Origin: an uncultured Actinomycetes bacterium
GTDB taxonomy: Bacteria > Actinomycetota > Coriobacteriia > Anaerosomatales > CAVRZR01
Direction of reading: 5' to 3'
Length of the DNA: 64,000 nt
Assembly: GCA_963809535.1 (NCBI GenBank)
Contig: CAWEJW010000001.1
Location: forward strand, 617,354-681,353
Of this stretch, positions 47,411 to 57,538 are shown in pieces; the stretch's first letter is position 1, and each line of letters opens with the position of its first letter. The notes under the pieces were generated by a model that saw only the letters and a program-made list of their open reading frames with translations, ran no database searches and was not told the DNA's origin. A program made the translations under genes and the position numbers.

Positions 47411-48182
47411 GGGCAAACAGCCGCAGACCCGCAAGCTCTCCTGGGACAAGGTCTACACCAGGGAGCTCTTTCGTCGCTATCGACTGGAAGGAGACGAAGC
47501 GGCTCGCGACGAGCTCATCACCATGTACCTGAACCTGGTGAAGTACCTCGCAAGCCGGTTCAGGAATCGCGGAGAGCCGGTCGACGACCTCGTTCAGGTG
47601 GGGACGATCGGCCTCATCAAGGCGATCGACCGTTTCGACATCGAGCGGCAGGTCGAGTTCACGACGTACGCGACCCCGACCATCGTCGGCGAACTCAAGC
47701 GGTACTTCCGGGACAAGGGATGGGCGATCAAGGTCCCGCGGCGACTACAGGAACTCTCGTTCAAGGTGAACCAGGCAGTGGACGCGCTCACGCAGCAGAA
47801 CCAACGGTCGCCCAGCATCGAGGAGATTGCCAGGTACCTCGGGGTCACGACCGAGGACGTCCTCGAGGCGATGGAGACGTCGGAGGCGTACAACTTCGTG
47901 TCGCTGGAAAGCGACAGGGGCTCGGACGGCTCCGACACGTTCAGCATCCTCGAATACATCGGCAAAGACGACGCGCTCATGGCGGTCGTCGACGATCGGA
48001 CCACACTCTCATTCGCGCTGAAGCAGCTCACGCCACAAGAGCAACGCGTCCTGTACTTGCGCTTCTTCGAGGGTCTGACGCAGACAGAGATCGCCCATCA
48101 GCTAGAGATCTCGCAGATGCAGGTTTCCCGTTTGTTGCGCAGGACGCTGCGCACCCTGCGTGAGCACGTGGTGAAGGAGTAG
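47400..48182 (+). CDS. SigB/SigF/SigG-subfamily RNA polymerase sigma factor
   Basis: Motifs DDLVQVGTIGLIKAIDRFD, F.TYA.PTI.GE.KRYFRD..W...VPRR.QEL and QTEIA..L.ISQMQVSRL. Confidence 0.85.
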   Translation: MPARGKQPQTRKLSWDKVYTRELFRRYRLEGDEAARDELITMYLNLVKYLASRFRNRGEPVDDLVQVGTIGLIKAIDRFDIERQVEFTTYATPTIVGELKRYFRDKGWAIKVPRRLQELSFKVNQAVDALTQQNQRSPSIEEIARYLGVTTEDVLEAMETSEAYNFVSLESDRGSDGSDTFSILEYIGKDDALMAVVDDRTTLSFALKQLTPQEQRVLYLRFFEGLTQTEIAHQLEISQMQVSRLLRRTLRTLREHVVKE

Positions 48183-48188
48183 GGCTGA

Positions 48189-49391
48189 ATGCCCGACCAG
48201 GCCAATCAGACCAACCGGTTCGCGCGGCTCCGTAGTACGGCGGTAGCGGTGTGGACGGCCATCGGCATCCTGCTGCTGATCTACGCCGGCGGGCTGGTAG
48301 TCAGCCGCATCAGCTCGGCTATCGTCCCCTTTGTCATCGCGGGCATCATCGCGTTCCTGTTGCGAGCACCCGTTGACTATCTCGAACGGCGCACGGGACT
48401 GCCCCGCGGTTTGGCCGTGATCCTGTGCTTCGTCATCGCCCTCGCCGTGCTTGTGGTCGCCGGGCTGTTCCTCATACCGCCTCTGGTGAGGCAGATACAA
48501 GCTTTTGCCTCAGCGGTCCCCGACTACCTCACGGCCGCACAGAACATCGTCAACAATCTGCAGCAGCAATACAGCTCGCTGGCGGCTCCAGTCTGGATCC
48601 GCAACGTAGTGAGCGCGGCCACAAACGATATCGGTGCACTCGCTTCGAGGATAGCGGAGGGCGCGGGCGGCCTCATCCTTGCGGCGGGAACCGGCGCAGT
48701 CACCGCGCTTATCGACGTACTCCTCGCGCTGGTCGTCGCCTTCTGGCTGCTCAAGGATCTGCCGACCATGCGGCGCGAACTGGACAAGCTCGTCGGCCCT
48801 CGGTTCGAGGAAGACGCCGAAGTCCTTGTGGTCACGGTGAATCGTGTCGTTGGCGGCTACCTGAGGGGCCAGACGATCGCGTCCTCTGTGACCGGCACCC
48901 TTTCCGCCATCGGGCTGGCGATCATCGGCTTGCCCTACGCGCTCGTACTCGGACTCATTGTGTTCGTGCTCAACTACATCCCCTACGTAGGTCCGCTCAT
49001 GGCCGGGGTCATCGCGGCCACGGTGGGGCTGTTCCAGAGCCCGCTGCAGGCCCTCCTAGCGATAGTGGTCGTCGTCGCGGCACAACAGATCACCGACAGT
49101 TTCATCACCCCAAGGGTGATGTCGCAGCAGGTGAACCTGCACCCAACATTCGTCATCTTCGCTCTCCTGGTCGGCGCCACGCTTATGGGCATTCCCGGGA
49201 TGATCATCGCCATCCCCATCGCCGCCCTCATCCAGGGGCTCTTCGTCTACTATTACGAGCGTCGCACGCGTCGGCAGCTTGCGAGCGAGAGCGGCGCTTT
49301 CTTCAAGGCTCCCACGAGTCCCGCCGAGGAAGAGCCGTCAGAGGAGACGCCGCCACCGCCGTCCGCGTGGAACGTCCCGCCGGGACAGTGA
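48189..49391 (+). CDS. AI-2E family transporter (PerM-like)
   Basis: Eight-helix hydrophobic profile. The LNYIPY.GP motif and the G.PG....IP conserved C-terminal segment are present. Confidence 0.8.
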   Translation: MPDQANQTNRFARLRSTAVAVWTAIGILLLIYAGGLVVSRISSAIVPFVIAGIIAFLLRAPVDYLERRTGLPRGLAVILCFVIALAVLVVAGLFLIPPLVRQIQAFASAVPDYLTAAQNIVNNLQQQYSSLAAPVWIRNVVSAATNDIGALASRIAEGAGGLILAAGTGAVTALIDVLLALVVAFWLLKDLPTMRRELDKLVGPRFEEDAEVLVVTVNRVVGGYLRGQTIASSVTGTLSAIGLAIIGLPYALVLGLIVFVLNYIPYVGPLMAGVIAATVGLFQSPLQALLAIVVVVAAQQITDSFITPRVMSQQVNLHPTFVIFALLVGATLMGIPGMIIAIPIAALIQGLFVYYYERRTRRQLASESGAFFKAPTSPAEEEPSEETPPPPSAWNVPPGQ

Positions 49392-49448
49392 GGCGCGTCT
49401 GCACGTTCCGCGCGGCCGAACGCGAAGCAGCGTCAAAGGAGCCCGTAC

Positions 49449-52076
49449 GTGAGATCCGACGAGATACGCGAGAGCTTCCTCTCGTACTTCGAGAGCAAGG
49501 GCTGCAAGCGGATGCCCTCCTCCTCGCTCATCCCCGACGACCCATCGCTCCTCTTGACGACGGCGGGGATGGTGCAGTTCAAGCCGATCTTCCTCGGCTC
49601 GAAGACCATGGGATTCACGCGCGCCACCACGGTCCAGAAGTGCGTTCGTACGACCGACATCGACATCATCGGGACAACCGGCCGCCATCACTCGTTCTTC
49701 GAGATGCTCGGCAACTTCAGCTTCGGTGACTATTTCAAGAGCGAGGCGTGCGCGTGGGCGTACGAGTACTCCACTGAAGTGCTCGGCCTCGACCCGGAGC
49801 GACTGTGGTACTCGATCTATGAGGAAGACGACGAATCCGAGAGGATCTGGGTCGAGGAGATCGGCGTGCCTCCCGAGCGCATCGTCCGCATGGGAGCCAA
49901 AGACAACTTCTGGTCCGCGGGCCCCACAGGGCCGTGCGGCCCCTGCTCGGAACTCTACTACGACCAGGGCGAGGAGCTCGGTTGCGACTCACCCGATTGC
50001 GCCCCGGGATGCGACTGCGACCGGTACCTCGAGTACTGGAACCTCGTCTTCATGCAGTACGACAGGCAGGAAGACGGCTCGCTCGTGCCACTCCCCAAAC
50101 AGAACATCGACACGGGGATGGGTCTCGAACGTATCGCCGCGGTACTGCAGGGCGTGAAGTCGAACTTCGAGACCGACATTCTTCGCTCGATCATGACCGA
50201 GGCCGAGGCCGTGACCGGGGCCGCCTACGGCACGAACGAGAAGACCGACACCAGTCTTCGCATCCTCGCCGATCACAGCCGCGCGGTCGCCTTCCTGATC
50301 GCGGATGGCGTACTGCCGTCCAACGAGGGTCGCGGCTACGTACTTCGTCGCCTCCTGCGTCGGGCGGTGCGGCACGGCCGCCTTCTCGGGGTGAACGATC
50401 TGTTCCTCGGCCGTCTCACCAACCTCGTCATCGAGCTGATGGGCGACGCATATCCCGAGATCGTCGAGCACCGGGAGCTCATTGCCGGGATTGTGCAGGC
50501 CGAGGAACAGCGTTTCGGCGCGACCCTCCGACAGGGAATGACGTTCCTCGAAGACGAACTAGGCGTGCTCGCACAGTCGCGCATCGGCGTACTGGACGGC
50601 CGGACTGCGTTCACGCTGCACGACACGTACGGATTCCCCGTCGAGCTCACAGCCGAGATCGCGGCAGAGGCCGGTGTGTCCGTCGACATGGAGTCCTTTG
50701 AACACGAGATGGCAGCACAGCGCGAGCGGGGGCGCGCGGGCGTGAAGGACGAGTCATGGTCGACGTACGGTGGAGTGTGGGCCCAAGTGGGTGCCGTACG
50801 CCAGCGGTGCGAGTTCCTCGGGTATGCGCAGGACGAGGCCGATGCAACCGTCACAGCGATCGTCTCCGAAGGCGGCTTGGTATCGGAGCTGGTCGTCGGG
50901 GCGCGCGCCGAGGTCGTGCTGGATCGCACGCCCTTCTATGGCGAACAAGGCGGCCAGGTCGGTGACACGGGTGCGTTGCAAGGCGAGGGCATCCTGTTCC
51001 GGGTCGACGGCACGAAGATCGCGGCACCGGGCGTCTCCGCGCACATCGGGGAGCTGATCCAAGGCACGCTCAAGGTCGGCGACACGGTCCACGCGGCCAT
51101 CGATGTCCTTCGGCGGGAGCGCATCCGGCGCAACCACACGGCGACGCACCTTCTGCACTGGGCACTGCGGCTCGTCCTCGGTGAGCACGTGAAACAGTCG
51201 GGCAGCTACGTCGCCCACGACCGTCTTCGCTTCGACTTCACTCATTTCGAGGCCATGACCTCCGAGCAGCTCGGCAAGGTCGAACGTCTCGCGAACGCGA
51301 AGATCATGGAGAACCACCCGGTCCGGGCGTACGAGACCTCGCTTGCGACCGCGCGCGAATCGGGTGTGACGGCGCTGTTCGGGGAGAAGTACGGCGACTT
51401 CGTACGGGTACTCGAGGTCGGCAACTTCTCGAAGGAGCTTTGCGGCGGCACGCACGTGGCCCGCACGAGCGAGATCGGGCTTCTCACGATCCTTTCAGAG
51501 TCCAGTGTCGGCGCGAATCTCAGGCGCATCGAGGCAGCGACATCGTTCGACGCGCTCGAGTACGTGCGAACCGAGGAGGCCGAGCTGGCCGAAGCCGCCG
51601 CCGCTCTCAAGGTGTCGCGATTCGACGTGTCGGAGCGGGTCGTGGCGTTGACGAGACGCGTGAAGGATCTTGAGAGCGCGCAGGCGCGCGCTAAGGTCGC
51701 CGTCTCCGAAACGGGTCTCTCCGCGCTCGAACAGAACGTGGTCGACGTGGGCTATCCGCTGCTCGTCGCGCGCGTTCCTCCTGGCGAAGCTGCTGATCTG
51801 CGACACGCGTGGGATGTCATGCGTACACACATGCATGGCGGCGCCGTCGTCCTCGCAACGACCTCCTCCGAGAGCGGGGCGCCGCTCCTTCTCGCGGCAG
51901 CGACGCCGGACGCTGTCGCGGCGGGCTTCGACGCCGGCGCTGTGATACGCGCGATAGCACCAGCGGTGAAGGGTGGAGGCGGCGGCAAACCCGAAATGGC
52001 GCAAGCCGGCGGGAAGGACGCCGCCGGGATCGAGGACGCGCTCCGCCTCGCTCGCGAGACGCTGGGCGCAGGGTAG
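49449..52076 (+). CDS. alaS: alanine--tRNA ligase
   Basis: Motifs IR..FL.YF...G......S.L.P..DP.LL.T.AGM..FK, FEMLGN.SFGDYFK, CGPCSE, editing-domain HTATHLLH and C-terminal DHHA1. Confidence 0.95.
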   Translation: MRSDEIRESFLSYFESKGCKRMPSSSLIPDDPSLLLTTAGMVQFKPIFLGSKTMGFTRATTVQKCVRTTDIDIIGTTGRHHSFFEMLGNFSFGDYFKSEACAWAYEYSTEVLGLDPERLWYSIYEEDDESERIWVEEIGVPPERIVRMGAKDNFWSAGPTGPCGPCSELYYDQGEELGCDSPDCAPGCDCDRYLEYWNLVFMQYDRQEDGSLVPLPKQNIDTGMGLERIAAVLQGVKSNFETDILRSIMTEAEAVTGAAYGTNEKTDTSLRILADHSRAVAFLIADGVLPSNEGRGYVLRRLLRRAVRHGRLLGVNDLFLGRLTNLVIELMGDAYPEIVEHRELIAGIVQAEEQRFGATLRQGMTFLEDELGVLAQSRIGVLDGRTAFTLHDTYGFPVELTAEIAAEAGVSVDMESFEHEMAAQRERGRAGVKDESWSTYGGVWAQVGAVRQRCEFLGYAQDEADATVTAIVSEGGLVSELVVGARAEVVLDRTPFYGEQGGQVGDTGALQGEGILFRVDGTKIAAPGVSAHIGELIQGTLKVGDTVHAAIDVLRRERIRRNHTATHLLHWALRLVLGEHVKQSGSYVAHDRLRFDFTHFEAMTSEQLGKVERLANAKIMENHPVRAYETSLATARESGVTALFGEKYGDFVRVLEVGNFSKELCGGTHVARTSEIGLLTILSESSVGANLRRIEAATSFDALEYVRTEEAELAEAAAALKVSRFDVSERVVALTRRVKDLESAQARAKVAVSETGLSALEQNVVDVGYPLLVARVPPGEAADLRHAWDVMRTHMHGGAVVLATTSSESGAPLLLAAATPDAVAAGFDAGAVIRAIAPAVKGGGGGKPEMAQAGGKDAAGIEDALRLARETLGAG

Positions 52077-52082
52077 CGGCGC

Positions 52083-52541
52083 GTGCGCGTACTCGCGCTG
52101 GACATCGGCGGCCGACGCATCGGAGTTGCCGTGTCCGATCCTACGCAACGGGTCGCCACGCCGCTCTGCGTACTCGACGCTGCGGTCGTCACGCGCCCGG
52201 CGGCGATCCTCGAGATCATCTCTGAGTATGACGTCGGGCTCGTCGTGATCGGTCTGCCGCTGTCCCTGGACGGGACGGAAGGGCAGCAGGCGAGGCACGC
52301 ACGCGAGGTGGGCACACGCCTTGCGGGGTCGCTCGGCGTACCCGTGGCATATGCCGATGAGCGGCTTTCGAGCGTCGAAGCGAAACGCGCCATGAGCGCA
52401 GCCGCCGTCCCGGACAAGAAGAAGCGGGGCCGCATCGACATGGTTGCGGCGTCACTGTTCCTTCAGAGCTATCTCGACGCGGAAGCTGCAGAGGCGGCCG
52501 CGTCTGGAACCGCACGAGACTCGAGCGAGCGGCATGTCTGA
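52083..52541 (+). CDS. ruvX: Holliday junction resolvase-like pre-16S rRNA nuclease RuvX/YqgF
   Basis: Motifs LALD.G..RIGVAVSD, GLP....G and DER.S..A. Confidence 0.9.
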   Translation: MRVLALDIGGRRIGVAVSDPTQRVATPLCVLDAAVVTRPAAILEIISEYDVGLVVIGLPLSLDGTEGQQARHAREVGTRLAGSLGVPVAYADERLSSVEAKRAMSAAAVPDKKKRGRIDMVAASLFLQSYLDAEAAEAAASGTARDSSERHV

Positions 52542-53724
52542 CGACACTCGTGATCTCGCGCCCGTGGGTGCCGAAGGTCGTGAACCCGGGCGCGAGCCCT
52601 CGTCAGCTCGGACCGCCCTGCCGGACACTATGGTTCCCCGGAGGAGCGCGAAAGGCGTGCGGACACGTCGTCGACTGAGCCCGAGGGTGCGAACCGCGGC
52701 GGCAATCGGGCTCGTGGTGCTGGTCGCCCTGATAGCGGTTGGTGTCGGCTACTACAGCTGGTGGAGCGCCAACACCCGCCCCCTTGTAGACGTCGCCGCC
52801 GGCCAGCCGGTCACGATCGTCATCCCAAAGGGAGCCAGCACCGCTGAGATCGGGCAGCTGCTCGCCGAGAAAGGCATCGTTGCGAATCCGCGTCAGTTCC
52901 GGACACGAGTTCGCGACGCCGGGGTCGGGCAGGACCTTCTCGCCGGGACGTACGATCTTCGGACCGGCATGGGTTACGACGCGGCCATCGCTTCACTGAC
53001 GGCCGGGCCGTCCGTCATCCGGACGAAGGTCACGATCCCCGAGGGTTTCACGCTCGAGCAGACAGCCGCGCGATTCGAGAAGGCAGCCGGAATCCCGGCC
53101 GAAAAGTTCCTTGCGCTGGCCAGGGGGCGAGCTTCGGAGTTCGCTGCCGACCACCCGTATCTCGCTAAGGCTTACGCAGGTTCGCTCGAGGGCTACCTCT
53201 TTCCCAAGACGTATCAGGTGAAGCAAGGCGCGACAGCGCGAGATGTCATCGAGATGATGCTCGACCAGTTCGACCGTGAGATCGCCGACGTCAATATGCA
53301 GACAGCTACCTCGCGGGGGTTGGACCTCGGGGACGTCGTGGTCCTTGCGTCGCTCATCGAGCGAGAGACGAAGGTGGCGAAGGAGCGGCCGCTCGTCGCG
53401 TCGGTGATCTACAACCGACTCAAGCTGCGCATGCGCCTCGGTATCGACGCAACGGTGGAGTACGTGCTCCACACCAACCGCCTGCGGCTTACGTACAAGG
53501 ACCTGCAAGTGGACAGCCCCTACAACACCTACAAACACTTCGGCCTACCACCCGGGCCGATAGCCAGCCCCGGCCTTGACTCGCTCAAAGCAGCCGCTGC
53601 GCCTGCCGATACGAACTACCTGTACTACGTGCTCACGGCCAAGGATGGATCGCACACCTTCGCGAGCACAGCGGCGGAGTTCGAGCGGGCGAAGGCGAAG
53701 TCGAAGGAGGTCTTCGGCCAGTAG
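52534..53724 (+). CDS. mltG: endolytic murein transglycosylase MltG (YceG-like)
   Basis: TM anchor, then motifs ..IPEG.T..Q......, ASLIE.E......ERP.VA.V..NRL...M.L..D.T..Y and SPYNTY...GLPPGPI..PG. Confidence 0.9.
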   Translation: MSDDTRDLAPVGAEGREPGREPSSARTALPDTMVPRRSAKGVRTRRRLSPRVRTAAAIGLVVLVALIAVGVGYYSWWSANTRPLVDVAAGQPVTIVIPKGASTAEIGQLLAEKGIVANPRQFRTRVRDAGVGQDLLAGTYDLRTGMGYDAAIASLTAGPSVIRTKVTIPEGFTLEQTAARFEKAAGIPAEKFLALARGRASEFAADHPYLAKAYAGSLEGYLFPKTYQVKQGATARDVIEMMLDQFDREIADVNMQTATSRGLDLGDVVVLASLIERETKVAKERPLVASVIYNRLKLRMRLGIDATVEYVLHTNRLRLTYKDLQVDSPYNTYKHFGLPPGPIASPGLDSLKAAAAPADTNYLYYVLTAKDGSHTFASTAAEFERAKAKSKEVFGQ

Positions 53725-54674
53725 TGAGTGAGAATGGACATGCGGCCATACGCATCATCAATGCTCGAAAGGTCTTCCGATCCTTGCGAGGGGGCGGCAA
53801 AGTCGCCGTGGAGGACGTCACGTTCTCGGTGGATCAAGAGACCATCCACGGTCTGCTCGGACCGAACGGAGCCGGCAAGACCACGACGCTGAAGATGCTT
53901 CTCGGGCTCGTTACGCCCACGGGCGGTGAATTCGAGGTCGTGGGTATGCCCGCGCGCCAGCCGGGAGCGAGGAAGCGGCTCGGCTTCCTGCCCGAGCAGC
54001 CCTACTTCTCCCCGCAGCTCACCGCCGGGCAGGCGATGCTCCTGTACGGCCGTCTGTCGGGTCTTGACGGCCAGACCGTCAAGTCGCAGATGAGCGAACG
54101 TCTTGCACGCGTCGGTCTCGAAGGACGCGAGGGCATGCTGCTGTCGAAGTTCTCCCGAGGGATGCTACAGCGTCTGGGGATCGCCCAGGCTCTCATCGCC
54201 GATCCCGAAGTCGCCATCCTCGACGAGCCGGCCTCGGGCCTCGATCCGGTGGGCCAGCGTGATGTCCGGAACCTCATGCTCGACCTCCGAGCGGCCGGCA
54301 CGACGGTGTTGCTCTCGTCCCACCAGCTCTCTGAGGTCGAAGCGGTCTGCGATCAGGTCACTATCCTGAGCCACGGACGCGTGGCGGCAAAAGGGCACAT
54401 CGACGAGCTGCTGAACACTGTCGGCCAGACCTCCGTGCGTGTTCAGGGTGTGGGCGACGCGCTTCCGGATTCGGTGATACCACTAGTTTCTGACGTTGCC
54501 GCCAGCGGCGGGACGTGGATCTTCTCGGTTCGCGACGAGCTGGCGCGACAGGTCGTTGACGTGCTGGACGACGCTGGCTGGCGGCTCGTATCAATGACGC
54601 CGAAGCGGGATTCGTTGGAGGAGTATTTCTCGAGGCTCCTGGAGCTGGACTCGGCTGGAAAGGCAGCTTCGTGA
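53724..54674 (+). CDS. ABC transporter ATP-binding protein
   Basis: Walker A GPNGAGKTT, signature FSRGMLQRLGIA and Walker B ILDEP. Confidence 0.85.
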   Translation: MSENGHAAIRIINARKVFRSLRGGGKVAVEDVTFSVDQETIHGLLGPNGAGKTTTLKMLLGLVTPTGGEFEVVGMPARQPGARKRLGFLPEQPYFSPQLTAGQAMLLYGRLSGLDGQTVKSQMSERLARVGLEGREGMLLSKFSRGMLQRLGIAQALIADPEVAILDEPASGLDPVGQRDVRNLMLDLRAAGTTVLLSSHQLSEVEAVCDQVTILSHGRVAAKGHIDELLNTVGQTSVRVQGVGDALPDSVIPLVSDVAASGGTWIFSVRDELARQVVDVLDDAGWRLVSMTPKRDSLEEYFSRLLELDSAGKAAS

Positions 54675-55402
54675 GGGCCGTGTGGGCCATCGCGGGCTCG
54701 GTCGTCGCCGATGCGCTGCGACGCAAGGTCGTCTACATCGTGCTCGCGTTCGCGGCGTTCATGGCCATTTCCATACCGCGCCTGCCCAGCTACGGCGTCG
54801 GCGTTGTGGAGGCGGTGTTCCGGGAAGTCGCGCTGGCTCTCATGTACGTGGTCGCTATGGTGGTGGCTCTGTCGCTCTCGGCCAACCGCGTGCCGGGCGA
54901 GGTGGAGCGACGCACCATCTACAACGTTCTGGCGCGCGATGTCCGCAGGTGGCAGTACCTCTTGGGATCGTGGCTCGGCGTCTTCCTGGTCATGGCGGGT
55001 GTCGTGGCGGCTTTCACGGCTGTCAGCATGATCGTGGGTGGCTACACCTACGGAGCGCTCATGTGGCGTCTGTGGCAGGGTGCGCTGGCGATCTGGCTGG
55101 AAACCGGCGTGGTGGCCGCCTTCGCGATCGCGATCTCGACCGTCACTGGCCCGGTGCCCGTGACCGTGGCCTCGCTCGCCTTCATCTTCGTCGGTCATCT
55201 AGGGGGAGGGCTCGCAGGATCAGAGGGCGCAGGCGCAGCATCGTTCTACCCGACGTTGGAGACGTTCAACATCATCAACCCCGTCGCCCATGGGAGCGGG
55301 GTCTCACCCGGCTATGTCGCGCTCATGCTTGTCGTCGGCGCGGCCTGGGTCGGCGCGTTGCTTGGCGCAGGTGCTCTGCTGTTCGAACGCAAGGACCTCT
55401 GA
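54671..55402 (+). CDS. ABC-2-type transporter permease
   Basis: Six hydrophobic helices. Translationally coupled to the ATPase gene (GTGA overlap). Confidence 0.65.
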   Translation: MRAVWAIAGSVVADALRRKVVYIVLAFAAFMAISIPRLPSYGVGVVEAVFREVALALMYVVAMVVALSLSANRVPGEVERRTIYNVLARDVRRWQYLLGSWLGVFLVMAGVVAAFTAVSMIVGGYTYGALMWRLWQGALAIWLETGVVAAFAIAISTVTGPVPVTVASLAFIFVGHLGGGLAGSEGAGAASFYPTLETFNIINPVAHGSGVSPGYVALMLVVGAAWVGALLGAGALLFERKDL

Positions 55403-55405
55403 GCT

Positions 55406-56101
55406 GTGGCCGCGATGCGACGCACACCGGCCCGGCTCGGCGTGATCTTGCTGCTGCTAGTTGCACTCGTGCTAGCACAGAACGCCGCTGCGTCGCTCGC
55501 GCCGAGGGGTTCTTCGGCACAAACGGGGCGGCTCATCGGCCGCGCGGGCTTCGCATACTTGTCCGGGATTCGCACGTTCGCGGCGGCCGTGTTGTGGAAT
55601 CGGCTCGAACCGCAGTTCCACGAGTATTACGCCGACAAGAATCTTGAAGAACAGACGCAGATGCTCCCCACAATCAGGCTTGTGCAGATGCTCGACCCGC
55701 AATTCGTGCAGTCGTACTACATCGCGTCTTGGGTGCTGGCGCGACGTGGCAAGGCTGGCCAAGGGCTCGACAATGCGCGTGAAGGCGTTTCCCAGAACCC
55801 CTCTTCCGGTCTTCTGCGATCTAATCTCGTCCAGGTCATGCTGCTGGAGGACAAGGTCAAGTACGCCGCCGAGGCGGTGGCACAGGCCGACGCCGGGACC
55901 GCTCCTGGCATCATCTGGGCAGACGACGCTGAGAAGTTCGAGGGCTACGCTATCTTTGCAGCCGCCTACCACGTCGCGGGACTGACGGGCAAAGAGAAGG
56001 CCGCGAGAGCAGTAGTCAGCTCGCTCGCGGGCAAGACCAGTACGTCGGGCATCGGCGGCGCAGGGCACGATCATGACGGAGATGGAACGCCGGACCATTA
56101 G
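55406..56101 (+). CDS. hypothetical exported/membrane-associated helical protein
   Basis: N-terminal signal/anchor, helical repeat-like body and a His/Asp/Gly tail. No family recognised. Confidence 0.45.
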   Translation: MAAMRRTPARLGVILLLLVALVLAQNAAASLAPRGSSAQTGRLIGRAGFAYLSGIRTFAAAVLWNRLEPQFHEYYADKNLEEQTQMLPTIRLVQMLDPQFVQSYYIASWVLARRGKAGQGLDNAREGVSQNPSSGLLRSNLVQVMLLEDKVKYAAEAVAQADAGTAPGIIWADDAEKFEGYAIFAAAYHVAGLTGKEKAARAVVSSLAGKTSTSGIGGAGHDHDGDGTPDH

Positions 56102-56636
56102 GGGCGCCATGTCGCTGTTTGAGCCGGACCTGTACTACCGTGCCGTCACCGACATCGATCTGGATGAGCTGATGCACCGAGGGGTGCGGACGCTCCTGCT
56201 CGACCTCGACAACACGCTCGTGCTCCGCAACACCCTGGAGGCGTCGAATGAGGTTCTCGCCTGGCTTCACACGGCCACGGCGAAGGGTCTCAACGTGATC
56301 GTCGTTTCGAACAACTGGCATGAGCGCGTGCAGCACGCTTCCAGTAGCCTCGGGGTGCCCGTCGTCGGGAGGGCCACAAAGCCGCTGCCATCAGGATTTC
56401 GCCGTGCCCTGTCTTCGGATCAGCCGCCACGCACGTGCGCTGTGGTCGGCGACCAGATCTTCACCGATATTCTTGGGGGGAAGCTGCTGGGGGCTACGAC
56501 GGTGCTGGTCACACCTCTCGCGGGCGGATCGGATCTTCCGCACACACGCATCCTTCGCGCACTCGAGCGTCGGATCCTGCGCGGCCGCACGCCTGCGGGG
56601 CGAGTGCGCACGTCAGCAGAGGGGAGCGGGGTCTGA
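56073..56636 (+). CDS. YqeG-family HAD-IIIA phosphatase
   Basis: LLLDLDNTLV (motif I), SNN (motif II) and VGDQIFTDILGG (motif IV). An alternative start is ATG 56109. Confidence 0.7.
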   Translation: MTEMERRTIRGAMSLFEPDLYYRAVTDIDLDELMHRGVRTLLLDLDNTLVLRNTLEASNEVLAWLHTATAKGLNVIVVSNNWHERVQHASSSLGVPVVGRATKPLPSGFRRALSSDQPPRTCAVVGDQIFTDILGGKLLGATTVLVTPLAGGSDLPHTRILRALERRILRGRTPAGRVRTSAEGSGV

Positions 56637-57514
56637 TGCGATCCATAGGCGGGGCGACGAGGCTAGCGGGCGTGATTGGCCATCCGCTGGGGCACACTCT
56701 CTCGCCCGCGATGCACAACGCGGCCTACGAGGCCATGGGCCTGGACTGGGTCTATGTGCCGCTCCACGTTCGCGATGAGCGGGGTTTGCAGGCCGTCCTT
56801 CGCGCAATGCGTGTCCTTCCCTTCGTTGGCGTGAACGTCACGATGCCGTACAAGCAGCTCATGCTGTTGCTCTGTGACGAGGTCGCTGAGATGGCCACGC
56901 TTGCTGGGGCTGTGAACACGGTTCAGTGCGTCGAGGGCAAGCTGATCGGCTACAGCACAGACGGCCGCGGCATCCTCGAAGCCCTGGCGTTGGACGCGGG
57001 CTTCGACCCCGCCGGACGCGAGATCGCGATCCTGGGGGCGGGGGGCGCCGCCGCAGCTGCCCTCGTCGCCTTCGCGTTAGGGCACGCAAGGCGGATCGTG
57101 GTGCTCAACCGCTCGGAGGACCGCGCGAACGCTTTGATCGAGCGGGTTCACGAGCGGCTGCAAGGCGTAGATCTCGTTGCTCTGCCTCTGGATCTGGACG
57201 CGGAGGATCAGGTCCGAGCGGCCGATCTGGTGCTCAATGCCACACCTGTGGGCATGGAGGCGGAGGACCCTAGCCCTGTACCGGTCACGTGGCTTCGGTC
57301 GGGGCAGGTTGTTGCCGATATGGTGTACAGGGCGCAGCCTACCTCCCTCGTGCGGGCCGCGCGGGACGCGGGAGCGGTCGCCCTCGACGGGCTCGGGATG
57401 CTCGTGTGCCAAGGAGCGATGTCGATCGACATCTGGCATGGCGAGGCTGGCAAAAGGGCCCCTCGGGAAGTGATGCGCGCGGCGGCCCTCGCCGCACTCG
57501 ACGGGGGCGCGTAG
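56636..57514 (+). CDS. aroE: shikimate dehydrogenase
   Basis: Motifs G.IG.P..HTLSP.MHN.A, G.NVT.P.K, NT, G.NTD-like STDG.G, GAGGAA.A and D..Y.P..T. Start at the internal ATG (TGATG overlap). Confidence 0.9.
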   Translation: MRSIGGATRLAGVIGHPLGHTLSPAMHNAAYEAMGLDWVYVPLHVRDERGLQAVLRAMRVLPFVGVNVTMPYKQLMLLLCDEVAEMATLAGAVNTVQCVEGKLIGYSTDGRGILEALALDAGFDPAGREIAILGAGGAAAAALVAFALGHARRIVVLNRSEDRANALIERVHERLQGVDLVALPLDLDAEDQVRAADLVLNATPVGMEAEDPSPVPVTWLRSGQVVADMVYRAQPTSLVRAARDAGAVALDGLGMLVCQGAMSIDIWHGEAGKRAPREVMRAAALAALDGGA

Positions 57515-57538
57515 ACCTGCGGGAGTGAAGTCGGCCAC

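Noticed and set aside
48425-49729. 434-aa plus-strand ORF in an alternative frame across the AI-2E transporter and alaS
   Set aside because: The product is extremely Arg/Gly/Pro-rich. The frames encoding the transporter and AlaRS have clear family motifs.
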